From: an uncultured candidate division Zixibacteria bacterium | Lineage (GTDB): Bacteria; Zixibacteria; MSB-5A5; UBA10806; 4484-95 | Reading direction: 5' to 3' | NCBI GenBank assembly: GCA_963668625.2 | Contig: CAXXKA010000008.1 | Coordinates: forward strand, 768,001 to 832,000 | DNA length: 64,000 bases | Notes under the pieces: generated by a model | Seen by the model: the letters and a program-made list of their open reading frames with translations, nothing else | Database searches by the model: none | What the model was told of the DNA's origin: nothing | Made by a program: the position numbers and the translations under genes | In this document: positions 37,618 to 46,845 of the stretch, one piece after another | Layout of the letters: the number at the start of each line of letters is the position of its first letter | How positions within the stretch are numbered: position 1 is the stretch's first letter

Positions 37618-39768
37618 ATGAATAATATAATTATATATCAGAAAATGCTCGGTATGGCGGTAATTATAGTAACTATTTTATTTTCATTTTCTGATGCCAG
37701 AAGCGATGATCTGAAAAACTCTTTTCAATTCCTCTCGCCATCACCGGGGGCTGAATTAGTATCAAAGGAAACTAATATTATTATCAAACCCGGTAGTTCA
37801 CTGACCTGTAATAAAAACGAACTGGAAAACCTCGCCCTGATTCAGGGGTCGATATCCGGTATCCACACGTACTCTATTTACATTTCGGATGATAACCGTA
37901 CAATAACGCTAACACCGGATGTCCCATTCGTCCCTTCCGAGACGGTCACTGTCGATATCAATAATCCGATACCGGTCTCCGGTGATAAATTAACTAGAAC
38001 CGGCCAATTCATGTTTTACATCTCTGCCAAATCCTCCCCGCTAATATCCGAGGAGGAATACCGGGAGATGTCATATGAGGGAATGCTTGATCTTGAGGGT
38101 GATGACTTGGATGACCCTGTAACTCCTCAAAATACGGATATCGAAATGGTTTTGCCGGCTGACTTTCCCGGCCTGACCATCAGCGCCTTGGACAAACCTG
38201 CGAGTGGTTATGTTTTCATCGCTAAACATCGCCCGATTGGGAAAACCTACATGATGATTTTGGACAACATGGGGAAACCCATTTACTATTACAGGCAGCC
38301 CAATGTCGTAACCGATTTTAAGGTACAACTGGACACCTTGCTGTCTTTCTATGTTTATAACCGTCACAAGTTTTGCGTTATGGATACCACTTATACGGTG
38401 ATAGACTCTTTCGCCTGCGGTAATGGTTATTTCGCCGATCATCACGAATTCCAACTTCTGCCTAACGGTCACGCTATTCTGATCGCTTACGATACACAGA
38501 GTATTGATATGAGTAGAATCACCGAGGAAGGGCAAACCGATTGCCGGGTAACGGGATTGATAATACAGGAACTCGATCCGAGTAAACAGGTGGTATTTCA
38601 GTGGCGAAGCTGGGATCATATTCCTATCACGGATGTTACCCATGCTGACCTTTCCAGCCGATCGATCGACTATATACATGGTAATGCTGTTGAGTTGGAT
38701 GATGACGGCAATTACTTACTCTCCAGTCGTCACCTGGATGAGATTACGAAAATTAACCGTCAAACCGGTGAAATTATCTGGCGTCTCGGTGGCAAAAACA
38801 ACATGTTCGAGATTGTAAACGATAGCTCCGGCTTCAGCCGTCAACATGATATACGAAGAACCGATAGCGGTACTATAACCTTTTTCGATAACGGTAATTG
38901 GCATTCACCACAATTTTCCAGGGCCGTAGAATACTCGCTCGATACGGTGAACATGGTATGTGAGTTAGTATGGGATTACAGGTACCAGCCTGATATATGG
39001 AACGGCGTAAACGGTAGCGTTCAACGCCTGCCCAACGGCAATACGATGATAGGCTGGGGAGGGCCCTCGGAGATAACCCTGACAGAGGTAAACGATCGAA
39101 ACGAGAAGCAATTCGAGCTATCGTACGTAGAGGGGCCCGATACCTGGTCGTACAGGTCGTTTCGTTTTCCCTGGAGCGGAACCGCTAAAACCCCGTATCT
39201 TATAGCCGAGAAAACCGCACAGAAAAATATTAAACTTATATTTTACAAATTCGGCGATGATGATGTTTCCAAGTATTATCTGTACCTGAAGCACAAAAAC
39301 GGCTCATTCGAACTCGCGGACTCGACGACGAATAATTATTACATCCTGAATGACTACCCCGCCGGTAGAACTTACACCGCGAAAGTTACGGCTATAAATA
39401 GCAATGGTGATGAAAGCCATAGCTCTAATAGCGTCAGTTTCGTCATATCGGGGTTGGTATATAAATACCGTCCTGGCGATATAAATATGACAGCCGGATC
39501 ATGGCCTCCTCGTGTCTATGGCAGCGATGTCACCTACCTGGTGAATAATTTCAGGGGTAAAAATTCCCCCTGTTTGATAAACGGTTTCTTCTGTGCCGCT
39601 GATATTAACGGTGATTGCAGAATCACCGAAGCGGATATAACCGGAATGGTATCCTATTTGAGAGGCCAAAGCGATATATTATGGTGCAAGGATCATCAAC
39701 CGTTCTGGGAGCCGGAAGAGGATTACCCCGTTACAATCCCACCGGATTGGCCAAGTTGCGATGAGTAA
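37618..39768 (+). CDS. Secreted aryl-sulfate sulfotransferase with Ig/FN3 and dockerin-like CTD
   Basis: DHHEF, DYIHGNAV, SSRH, QHD, FDNG, QRLPNGNT.IGWG; YRPGDINM...WPSCDE; upstream TTGACA promoter. Confidence 0.85.
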   Translation: MNNIIIYQKMLGMAVIIVTILFSFSDARSDDLKNSFQFLSPSPGAELVSKETNIIIKPGSSLTCNKNELENLALIQGSISGIHTYSIYISDDNRTITLTPDVPFVPSETVTVDINNPIPVSGDKLTRTGQFMFYISAKSSPLISEEEYREMSYEGMLDLEGDDLDDPVTPQNTDIEMVLPADFPGLTISALDKPASGYVFIAKHRPIGKTYMMILDNMGKPIYYYRQPNVVTDFKVQLDTLLSFYVYNRHKFCVMDTTYTVIDSFACGNGYFADHHEFQLLPNGHAILIAYDTQSIDMSRITEEGQTDCRVTGLIIQELDPSKQVVFQWRSWDHIPITDVTHADLSSRSIDYIHGNAVELDDDGNYLLSSRHLDEITKINRQTGEIIWRLGGKNNMFEIVNDSSGFSRQHDIRRTDSGTITFFDNGNWHSPQFSRAVEYSLDTVNMVCELVWDYRYQPDIWNGVNGSVQRLPNGNTMIGWGGPSEITLTEVNDRNEKQFELSYVEGPDTWSYRSFRFPWSGTAKTPYLIAEKTAQKNIKLIFYKFGDDDVSKYYLYLKHKNGSFELADSTTNNYYILNDYPAGRTYTAKVTAINSNGDESHSSNSVSFVISGLVYKYRPGDINMTAGSWPPRVYGSDVTYLVNNFRGKNSPCLINGFFCAADINGDCRITEADITGMVSYLRGQSDILWCKDHQPFWEPEEDYPVTIPPDWPSCDE

Positions 39769-40096
39769 TGAAAATAGTTGCGCTAATACCGGAAATAGTG
39801 GTTCGACTATAAACAGGCTGTAGCAATCTGATGGACAAAATTAGTGTTATATAATAAGTATCTGCCAACTGGCGTAGCTCGAGGATATCTTTAATACCAC
39901 ACTATTAAACCAGCCCGGCTGTTAATGATGCTTTATTAGGCTTAAAATTCTTGATATTGTAATAATAAAGTCAAGCTCGTTCCCTTCTTCAAAGACTTTA
40001 CTTGGCATCTTTAAAATATGCTTTAATAGCAATGATATAGCGCGCTAATTCTAATAAAAAGCTTGCACAAAATTCGATTTATCGTATATTTAACAT

Positions 40097-40201
40097 GACC
40101 AAAACGAGAGATGGGATGTTACTATCAGATATTCCCCCCAATCTTTGGACATCCCATTATAGGGGTGCCAGGGAGCCCTTCCCAGCGCCCCGCTTTTTTT
40201 T
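40097..40201 (+). ncRNA. Putative small RNA, copy 1
   Basis: TTGCAC-N16-TATATT promoter; stem ATGGGATGT/ACATCCCAT with C6 loop; GC hairpin + T8 terminator. Confidence 0.6.
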
Positions 40202-40379
40202 GCCTAATTTTCCAGACAATTCAATATAATCAGCAATTAATGAATCTATAGTGGTTGCCTGTAATGTAATACCGGAAATAGAATAGCGTGGCCGGCAGAT
40301 TCCCATATCTACCGGCGATACTACTAAATTGAACGGATTAAAGAAAGCGATATACTCCAGCCAAAGAAATAGCCAGGTA

Positions 40380-42695
40380 TTAGAACTCGTACTCGATCCC
40401 GAATATAGGCAAGGTCGACCACTGTTCGACCTCTCGTTGCTCGTTGGCGATCTCGTTCCACTCGTAAGTGCCGATATTTTTCCTGCCGTATACGTTCCAG
40501 ACACTCAGATAGAATATCAAGTTGGAGCCGGTGAAATTGAATCGCCTATCGAATCGGATGTTCATCGAATGATAATCCGGCAGTCGTTCGGCGTTGATTC
40601 GGTCGGAATCGTATATCCCCCGGCCGGCTGTCTCCGAGGCTGCGATATCAAATGGTGTGTAGGGGGCGCCGCCGGCATAAATCCACCTGGTGCTGAACTC
40701 CCATTTATTATTCGGCTTATATCCGCCCTCGATACTGAAATTAAACTGGTTGTCATAAGCCCTGTCATACCAGATACCATCATAGCCTTTATAACGCGTG
40801 CGCGAATAAGCTCCGCTGATCATCCCGTAGAACTGCTTGGCCAATTTTTTCTGCACCATGAACTCAATCCCCCGGGCATATGCCTCTCCCGAGGATACGA
40901 GCGGGTTTCCGGCCAGGTACACGCTTTTACCGGCTATGTCATCAACGATGAATATCTGTTGCTTGAGCGAATCGAGCGGAAAATCGCGGTATTCTTTATC
41001 GAATACCTCGATTGTCAGGCGAGTATTTTCGGTTAGCATGTGATTAATTCCGAATACGTAATGATATGCCTTCGGGTCTTTCAGGTCTTTGTTAGCCTCA
41101 TTTTGCGCCAGTATCGGCATCGGCAGGTTCTGATAGTAAATACCGGCCGCAGCGTTTAGGGTGGTCAGGCTTGAAAGTATGTAGTTGACCGATAAGCGAG
41201 GGGAGATACTGGAGTTCTCGTTATAGGTGAAATAAGAAAACCTCGTTCCGGCGGTGACTGACAAACGATCGAATGGATTTACCGTATAGCTGAAAAATCC
41301 ATGCAATTTAGTCTCGTTAATATTGTCATCAACGGAATATGCCGGGGTTACGTTACCCAGTTCATCGTAATATTCTCCATAGTAATTATTGTAATCGATC
41401 AGCGAGTATTTAGCCTCTACACCTAATTCTAACTTGTGAGCGTTGTTTAATTTGATGAAATTAACATTCCTCAGCTTGAATTCGTTCTCAGTCGAGTTAA
41501 AATCGAACGACATCAGTTCGGCGCCGTGATCGTAATAATATTTCGTGTCATAACCCGTGTAGTTATAGTCGTATAACGTATGAGATATGGAGGTGTTGGA
41601 ATAACCATTCGCTCCCCACAGGTATCGCCAGTTGATTCCGGCGGTATTGGCTGTCATATTGAAACTATCGTAATATTTCTCCTCCTCCTCGATAGCATCC
41701 TCGATCTCGTCTGCTATATCATCGATAGAGAGAATATTGAGCAAAGTAATCTGGTTATTGCCGTTAAGATCGTAAGTCACCTTGCCGTGAATATCGCCAT
41801 AATTCGGTACCGAACCGTCATCTTCGCCAATAGCTTTGACTATCAAATCGAGGAAGCTTTTTCGTCCGGCTAATATCCATGAGCCTTTATCGCCAATAGG
41901 CCCCTCGGCGCCGCCACCGAAACCGGCAAACCCCAGATCTAACTGGGCGTCGAACTCCTCCCGGTTACCATCCCGGAAATCGATATCCATCACCGAGGAG
42001 AGACGGTCGCCGTAACGAGCCGGGAATGCCCCCGAATGGAATTCGACATCCGAGACCAGATCGACATTGATTAGGCCAACCGGCCCGCCAGAGGAACTTT
42101 GTTCGGGGAAATGGTTGATATTGGGTATCTCTATATTATCTACATAAAAGCCGTTCTCGAATGAGGCGCCGCCTCGTACGTAGAGTGTGTTTTGGGTATT
42201 ATCGTACTTGGCGATACTCGGCAATCCCATTATCATCCGGCTGACATCCCCGGCGGTCCCCGGCATGCGACGGATTTCCTCGTTGGAGAAACTCACATTG
42301 CTGGCAGGCGCATCCTGACGCTCGGCGAAATAGCCGGTGGTTATCACTACCTCATCAACCTCGATAGCCGATTCATTCAACTCAGCTTTAACGAACGTGA
42401 TTCTTTTAGGACGTACGATAATATCAGCTTTAAGCATTACCTCGTATCCCAGTAGCCTGAATTTCAGCGAGTAATTCCCCACCGGTACGTTCTCGATCGT
42501 AAATTCGCCGTCGCTAGAGCTAACCGCGCCTTTTTCCGTGCCAAGCAGGATTACGCTTACACCGGGAAGCGCAGATCTTGTTTCCGAATCTATCACCGTA
42601 CCGCTGATACTACCCTTTTTGATCTCATCAGCAGAGGCTATCGTGAATAAAATCGCTATCATTATCAATGCTAAAATTATCTTACTCATTTTCAA
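40380..42695 (-). CDS. TonB-dependent receptor with carboxypeptidase-regulatory-like N-domain
   Basis: ISGTVID..LPGVSV, YVRGG..EN, NHF, GAFPARYGDRLSSV, terminal F. Confidence 0.9.
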   Translation of the reverse strand: MKMSKIILALIMIAILFTIASADEIKKGSISGTVIDSETRSALPGVSVILLGTEKGAVSSSDGEFTIENVPVGNYSLKFRLLGYEVMLKADIIVRPKRITFVKAELNESAIEVDEVVITTGYFAERQDAPASNVSFSNEEIRRMPGTAGDVSRMIMGLPSIAKYDNTQNTLYVRGGASFENGFYVDNIEIPNINHFPEQSSSGGPVGLINVDLVSDVEFHSGAFPARYGDRLSSVMDIDFRDGNREEFDAQLDLGFAGFGGGAEGPIGDKGSWILAGRKSFLDLIVKAIGEDDGSVPNYGDIHGKVTYDLNGNNQITLLNILSIDDIADEIEDAIEEEEKYYDSFNMTANTAGINWRYLWGANGYSNTSISHTLYDYNYTGYDTKYYYDHGAELMSFDFNSTENEFKLRNVNFIKLNNAHKLELGVEAKYSLIDYNNYYGEYYDELGNVTPAYSVDDNINETKLHGFFSYTVNPFDRLSVTAGTRFSYFTYNENSSISPRLSVNYILSSLTTLNAAAGIYYQNLPMPILAQNEANKDLKDPKAYHYVFGINHMLTENTRLTIEVFDKEYRDFPLDSLKQQIFIVDDIAGKSVYLAGNPLVSSGEAYARGIEFMVQKKLAKQFYGMISGAYSRTRYKGYDGIWYDRAYDNQFNFSIEGGYKPNNKWEFSTRWIYAGGAPYTPFDIAASETAGRGIYDSDRINAERLPDYHSMNIRFDRRFNFTGSNLIFYLSVWNVYGRKNIGTYEWNEIANEQREVEQWSTLPIFGIEYEF

Positions 42696-42698
42696 TCC

Positions 42699-43268
42699 TT
42701 ATGCATTTCTATATTTTTTTATCTCAGTATCAATTACCGCCATTCCCATCTCGGTTAGAACACCACCGATATATTCTATGCTGTCATCTTTTACCACCCC
42801 GGCGCAAATCATAGTGGCCAGGCCATGCGTAAACAGCCAGCTTTTCTGAAGAATCGAGCGGCGCGCGTCATCATTCAGACCGTCGAAACGACTATCAGTC
42901 CTCATTGAATCGAAAGCCTGATCAATAAATTCATTAATGACATCCTTAAAATCATGATTTTCCATAAACAGCGAGCGAAACAGCATTTTCTCATCCCGGG
43001 CAAATAGCACAATACCGATACCGATATTTCTAAACGGGTACTTCGTATATGTGCGTTTCGTATACTCGAGTAACAGGTCTTTAGACTCCTTATATATCTC
43101 TTTTTCTACTTCCGGCATGTTTTTAAACTGACTGTAAACCGGCGCAGTGGAGGACTTCAACACTCCAGCGATTTTCCTGGCGGTTAAACCCTTTATCCCC
43201 TGTATTCGAGCTAATTCAAATGCGGCAGCGATAATACCCTTTCTGGTATATTTATTTTTAGGTGGCAT
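42699..43268 (-). CDS. TetR/AcrR-family regulator
   Basis: IIAAAFEL..GLTARKIA..STAPVYSQFKN. Confidence 0.9.
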   Translation of the reverse strand: MPPKNKYTRKGIIAAAFELARIQGIKGLTARKIAGVLKSSTAPVYSQFKNMPEVEKEIYKESKDLLLEYTKRTYTKYPFRNIGIGIVLFARDEKMLFRSLFMENHDFKDVINEFIDQAFDSMRTDSRFDGLNDDARRSILQKSWLFTHGLATMICAGVVKDDSIEYIGGVLTEMGMAVIDTEIKKYRNA

Positions 43269-43283
43269 AGCAACAAACCTTCC

Positions 43284-43317
43284 TATAACACACGTAATAT
43301 AACATAGGTTATATTAC
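43284..43317. promoter_or_regulatory. Probable TetR operator(s)
   Basis: Perfect palindrome GTAATATAAC-N4-GTTATATTAC (43294-43317) plus overlapping TATAAC-N4-GTAATA, just upstream of tetR. Confidence 0.7.
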
Positions 43318-43403
43318 ACATTATTGATAGAATTGTTTCGCTTATTTTTTTGATATCTAAGAATTTTAATTGATTTTTATAAACAATGTGTTATAAATTA
43401 GAG

Positions 43404-43507
43404 TATAAAATAAAAGAGATGGGAATAAGCAGAAAGGCTCAGCCCCTTGTCTTTTTGAATATCCCATTTATTGGGACGCCAGGCTTTGCCGGGTGTCCTT
43501 TTTTTTT
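43404..43507 (+). ncRNA. Putative small RNA, copy 2
   Basis: TTGATT-N16-TATAAA promoter with TG extension; stem ATGGGA.TA/TATCCCAT with AGCCCCT loop; GGACGCC/GGTGTCC + T9. Confidence 0.6.
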
Positions 43508-43553
43508 ATAAATTGATTTTGCATTTGCCCATGCTATTAAGTATAATAGAAAC

Positions 43554-43644
43554 CTGGGATGTAACTTGAAGGACGAAGCCCCTGGTCACTTCGACATCCC
43601 GTTTTATAGGCCGTCAGACTTAGATGTTTGACGGCCGCTTTATT
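43554..43644 (+). ncRNA. Putative small RNA, copy 3
   Basis: TTGCAT-N17-TATAAT promoter; stem GGGATGT/ACATCCC with AGCCCCT loop; 11-bp terminator stem GGCCGTCAGAC/GTTTGACGGCC. Confidence 0.6.
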
Positions 43645-43670
43645 AACATAGCTAGACATCTATACTATAT

Positions 43671-45677
43671 TCAGGAAATGCGATCTTTCGACTCATTATT
43701 ATTATGGATTTTCTGCATTTCCTTCTTCATACAATCCGGGCAGATACTATGGGTAAATTCTGCGCCGGAATGATCGGAGACATAGGCCTCCACCTCAGTC
43801 CAGTATCCTTTGTCATCCCTGACGTTTTTACAATATGAACAAATAGGCAACAATCCGCTGAGGGTTTTCACTTTGGTAAGGGCTTGTTTAAGTTCAAGGA
43901 TTAATCGCTCTCGTTCGTCCTCGGCGGCTTTGCGGCGGGTTATATCGCGCAGAGTTGTTACGATTTTTAATGGTTTACCGTTTTCGCCGTATAGAAGTTT
44001 GGAGTTTATCGAGCAGATAATATCCTCGCCGTTTTTTGAGCGCATCCCCACCTCGTAATCGTTGAGCCATCCATGTTTTAATAGATGGTTGATTAGCTCT
44101 GGTCTTCTTCCCGGATCCATATATACGATTTCACTGGAATTGCCGACTAAATCATAACGTGTATATCCAAGTATTTTTTCCATTGATGGGCTTGCTTCAA
44201 GGATGATTCCATTCATACTGGTCTCTATATAACCATCATGAATATTCTCGAATATCCTTCTATATTTGGCCTCGCTCTCTTTTAAAGCCTGTTGTGTTGT
44301 TTTGCTTTCTGTGATATCACGAACAACGGCATATATTAATTCTTTCTCCGGAACAGGAATCGAGTTCCATGATAGCCACCGGTAAGAACCATCCTTGCAT
44401 TTGTACCTATTCTCGAATTCCAATACGCTATGTCCCTGCTGTAGTTGATCACAAGCCATTTTGGTTTTTTCGACATCTTCCGGGTGCACGAAATTAATCC
44501 AGGGTTTGCTGGTTATTTCTTCGGTAGTCCAACCGAGTATCCTTTTAACCGCCGGGTTTGTTTGCTTGAAATAACCATCCGTAGAAGCAACGCACTGGAA
44601 ATCCGGGGATAGGTTGAATAAGCGGGATCGCTCCTCCTCGGCTCGGATTCTCTGAACCAAACCCCAGATATTTTCAGCTAACAGGGCTAACTGATTGATA
44701 TCGAAATCATCATAGTTTTCATTCTTGTTGCCCATGCCGATTATGGCTACTATTTTATCGTTCTCAAAAACAGGTACCGTAAGATCGCGCATCAAGTTGA
44801 TATGGCCCTCGGGTAATCCTTTCTTATGCGGCAGGCCTGCGTAGTCGTTATGTATAACTGGTTTTCTTTGATGAACACAGTCAACCCAGACACCGGCTTT
44901 TTCGATCGAGTAATGAGATTCACTACTATCCGCCAGGCAGTTTTTCAAAGTACTATCCGACCATCTGAAAAGATTGATAGATTTTTGATCGTCGCTGACG
45001 AAATGAAGAAAACCGATCTTGCTACCGGTCAAACGTTGCCCCTCTTCTATGCCGGTTTTTATTATATCATCCACCGTGGCTTGTCCGAGCATACGGGCAA
45101 TTTTTATTATTGATTTAAGCGTATTCTCGGCTATTTTCTGAGGTTTAATATTCTGCAGCATACAAAAATAAGCGTTGTTTCGACTATGTTCCACACAATA
45201 AAGGTTCACATAAATAGGGGTGCCGTTCTTATGTAAAAATGTGAACTCTTGTTTATGTATTCCTGCTGATCCATCGTATACGATAGAGCATTCTTTGATT
45301 TTCGCTAAACTATCTTCCGAAATGAATTTATCGATTTTCTGGCCTATTACATCATGACTTTCATAACCGAACATATTTAACCAGGCACTATTAACGTCGA
45401 CTATAATTAGTTCTTTAGTGATTGAATGTATAGGAATGGGAACGTTTTCCAGAAAATTAGCTGTTTCGATATTATCATCCCTAATTCTATTCACGTAATC
45501 ATATATCGAGCTTTCAAAATCGCTGTTTTTAGCTTTCGCTAATTTTCCGATAGGTGCAGTTGCTGTCTGACCGGGATTGGTTAATTTGATACTTCTACGT
45601 TCCCGGCCGTAATTTCGGTTTTTACTTTCTGGCAATCTGCGAGAATTATTTAGCCTACGAATGAAGGCCGGTCTCAT
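43671..45677 (-). CDS. PAS-GAF-PAS-PAS sensor with C-terminal Cys4 domain, no kinase domain
   Basis: PAS S-box motifs (DIT, HPED), GAF (IHNDY...NK..YD..D), LPICSYCK..RDD.GYW...HSICPDC. Confidence 0.82.
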   Translation of the reverse strand: MRPAFIRRLNNSRRLPESKNRNYGRERRSIKLTNPGQTATAPIGKLAKAKNSDFESSIYDYVNRIRDDNIETANFLENVPIPIHSITKELIIVDVNSAWLNMFGYESHDVIGQKIDKFISEDSLAKIKECSIVYDGSAGIHKQEFTFLHKNGTPIYVNLYCVEHSRNNAYFCMLQNIKPQKIAENTLKSIIKIARMLGQATVDDIIKTGIEEGQRLTGSKIGFLHFVSDDQKSINLFRWSDSTLKNCLADSSESHYSIEKAGVWVDCVHQRKPVIHNDYAGLPHKKGLPEGHINLMRDLTVPVFENDKIVAIIGMGNKNENYDDFDINQLALLAENIWGLVQRIRAEEERSRLFNLSPDFQCVASTDGYFKQTNPAVKRILGWTTEEITSKPWINFVHPEDVEKTKMACDQLQQGHSVLEFENRYKCKDGSYRWLSWNSIPVPEKELIYAVVRDITESKTTQQALKESEAKYRRIFENIHDGYIETSMNGIILEASPSMEKILGYTRYDLVGNSSEIVYMDPGRRPELINHLLKHGWLNDYEVGMRSKNGEDIICSINSKLLYGENGKPLKIVTTLRDITRRKAAEDERERLILELKQALTKVKTLSGLLPICSYCKNVRDDKGYWTEVEAYVSDHSGAEFTHSICPDCMKKEMQKIHNNNESKDRIS

Positions 45678-45942
45678 GTACCCCCCTATACATAAAATGC
45701 CGTTAATATATTATCGGATTGATGTTAAGCTCAATCCGTTAATAATTACCGGAACGTAAATAATGTTACACTCACTAAACAAAATCTGGTTGTCTGTTTT
45801 TATTATTAATCCTTCACTTCAGATATCTCAAAGTAATCGATTACATATTAATGCATTTCAACTCAGATATTAACATTTTCAGGGAGGCTAAAATTAAATA
45901 TTCCCCTTGCCCGAACTCCACAATATCCATATCTTTGCCCCA

Positions 45943-46815
45943 ATGAAAAAAACCGATAAATTATATCTCGGCGCGCATATGTCGATCGCCGGCGGGGTGT
46001 ATAACGCTTTACTTCACGGTGAAAAAGCCGGTTGTGACACGATACAGATATTCGTAAAATCCTCCAACCAGTGGAAAGCCAAGCCGTTCAAATTGCAGGA
46101 GTTGGAACGCTATCACCAGGAACGGAAAAGAACGGAAATTGAGCCTGTAATTGCCCACGCCTCCTATCTCATCAACCTGGGTTCTCCTGATATGGAGCTA
46201 CTGCAGAAATCGCGCGAGGCGTTTTTGGTAGAGATGGACAGGTGCGAAAAGTTGGAGATCCCTTACCTGGTGATTCATCCGGGAGCGCCTAAAGATTTCG
46301 GCGAGGAATATGGTATTAAAACAATCGCCGAATCGATTAACTGGCTTTCCGAACGAACTCCGGATCATCAAGTTAAAATTACCCTGGAGACAACTGCAGG
46401 TCAGGGGTCCTCACTGGGACATTCGTTCGAGCAGCTTGCAGCGATTTTGGATGGTGTGGATAATCCCGGCCGGGTTTTCATATGTTTCGATACTTGCCAC
46501 GCTCACGTAGCCGGGTACGATATTTCGACTCGCAAGGGATTCGAGCAAACCTGGGAAGATTTCGAGCGTATAATCGGTATCGATAAGCTGGCGGTAATGC
46601 ATCTTAATGACGCTAAGAAAGAGATCGGCTCAAAAATAGACCGCCACGAGCACATAGGTAAAGGCAAACTGGGTGAACGTGCGTTTAGCTACATCATGAC
46701 TGATAAGAGATTTAAAAGAGTACCCAAAATATTGGAAACTGCCAAAGGTGATGATAACCGCATGGATGAGGTAAACCTGAATTTGTTAAGAAAACTGGCA
46801 TTTAAAAAGAAATAA
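45943..46815 (+). CDS. nfo: Endonuclease IV
   Basis: LGAHMSIAGG, HASYLINL, HPG, LETTAGQG, DTCH, HLND, DRHEHIG, ILET. Confidence 0.96.
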   Translation: MKKTDKLYLGAHMSIAGGVYNALLHGEKAGCDTIQIFVKSSNQWKAKPFKLQELERYHQERKRTEIEPVIAHASYLINLGSPDMELLQKSREAFLVEMDRCEKLEIPYLVIHPGAPKDFGEEYGIKTIAESINWLSERTPDHQVKITLETTAGQGSSLGHSFEQLAAILDGVDNPGRVFICFDTCHAHVAGYDISTRKGFEQTWEDFERIIGIDKLAVMHLNDAKKEIGSKIDRHEHIGKGKLGERAFSYIMTDKRFKRVPKILETAKGDDNRMDEVNLNLLRKLAFKKK

Positions 46816-46845
46816 ATCCGGTTTTGATCGATATATATAAATGGG

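Noticed and set aside
38071-38679. 202-aa - strand ORF
   Set aside because: Antisense shadow of the sulfotransferase
40329-41036. 235-aa + strand ORF
   Set aside because: Antisense shadow of the TonB-dependent receptor; no motifs
40111-43510. Small peptides starting MG in the putative sRNA copies
   Set aside because: The ATG is buried in the stem, the frame relative to the conserved motif differs between copies, and copy 3 lacks the ATG
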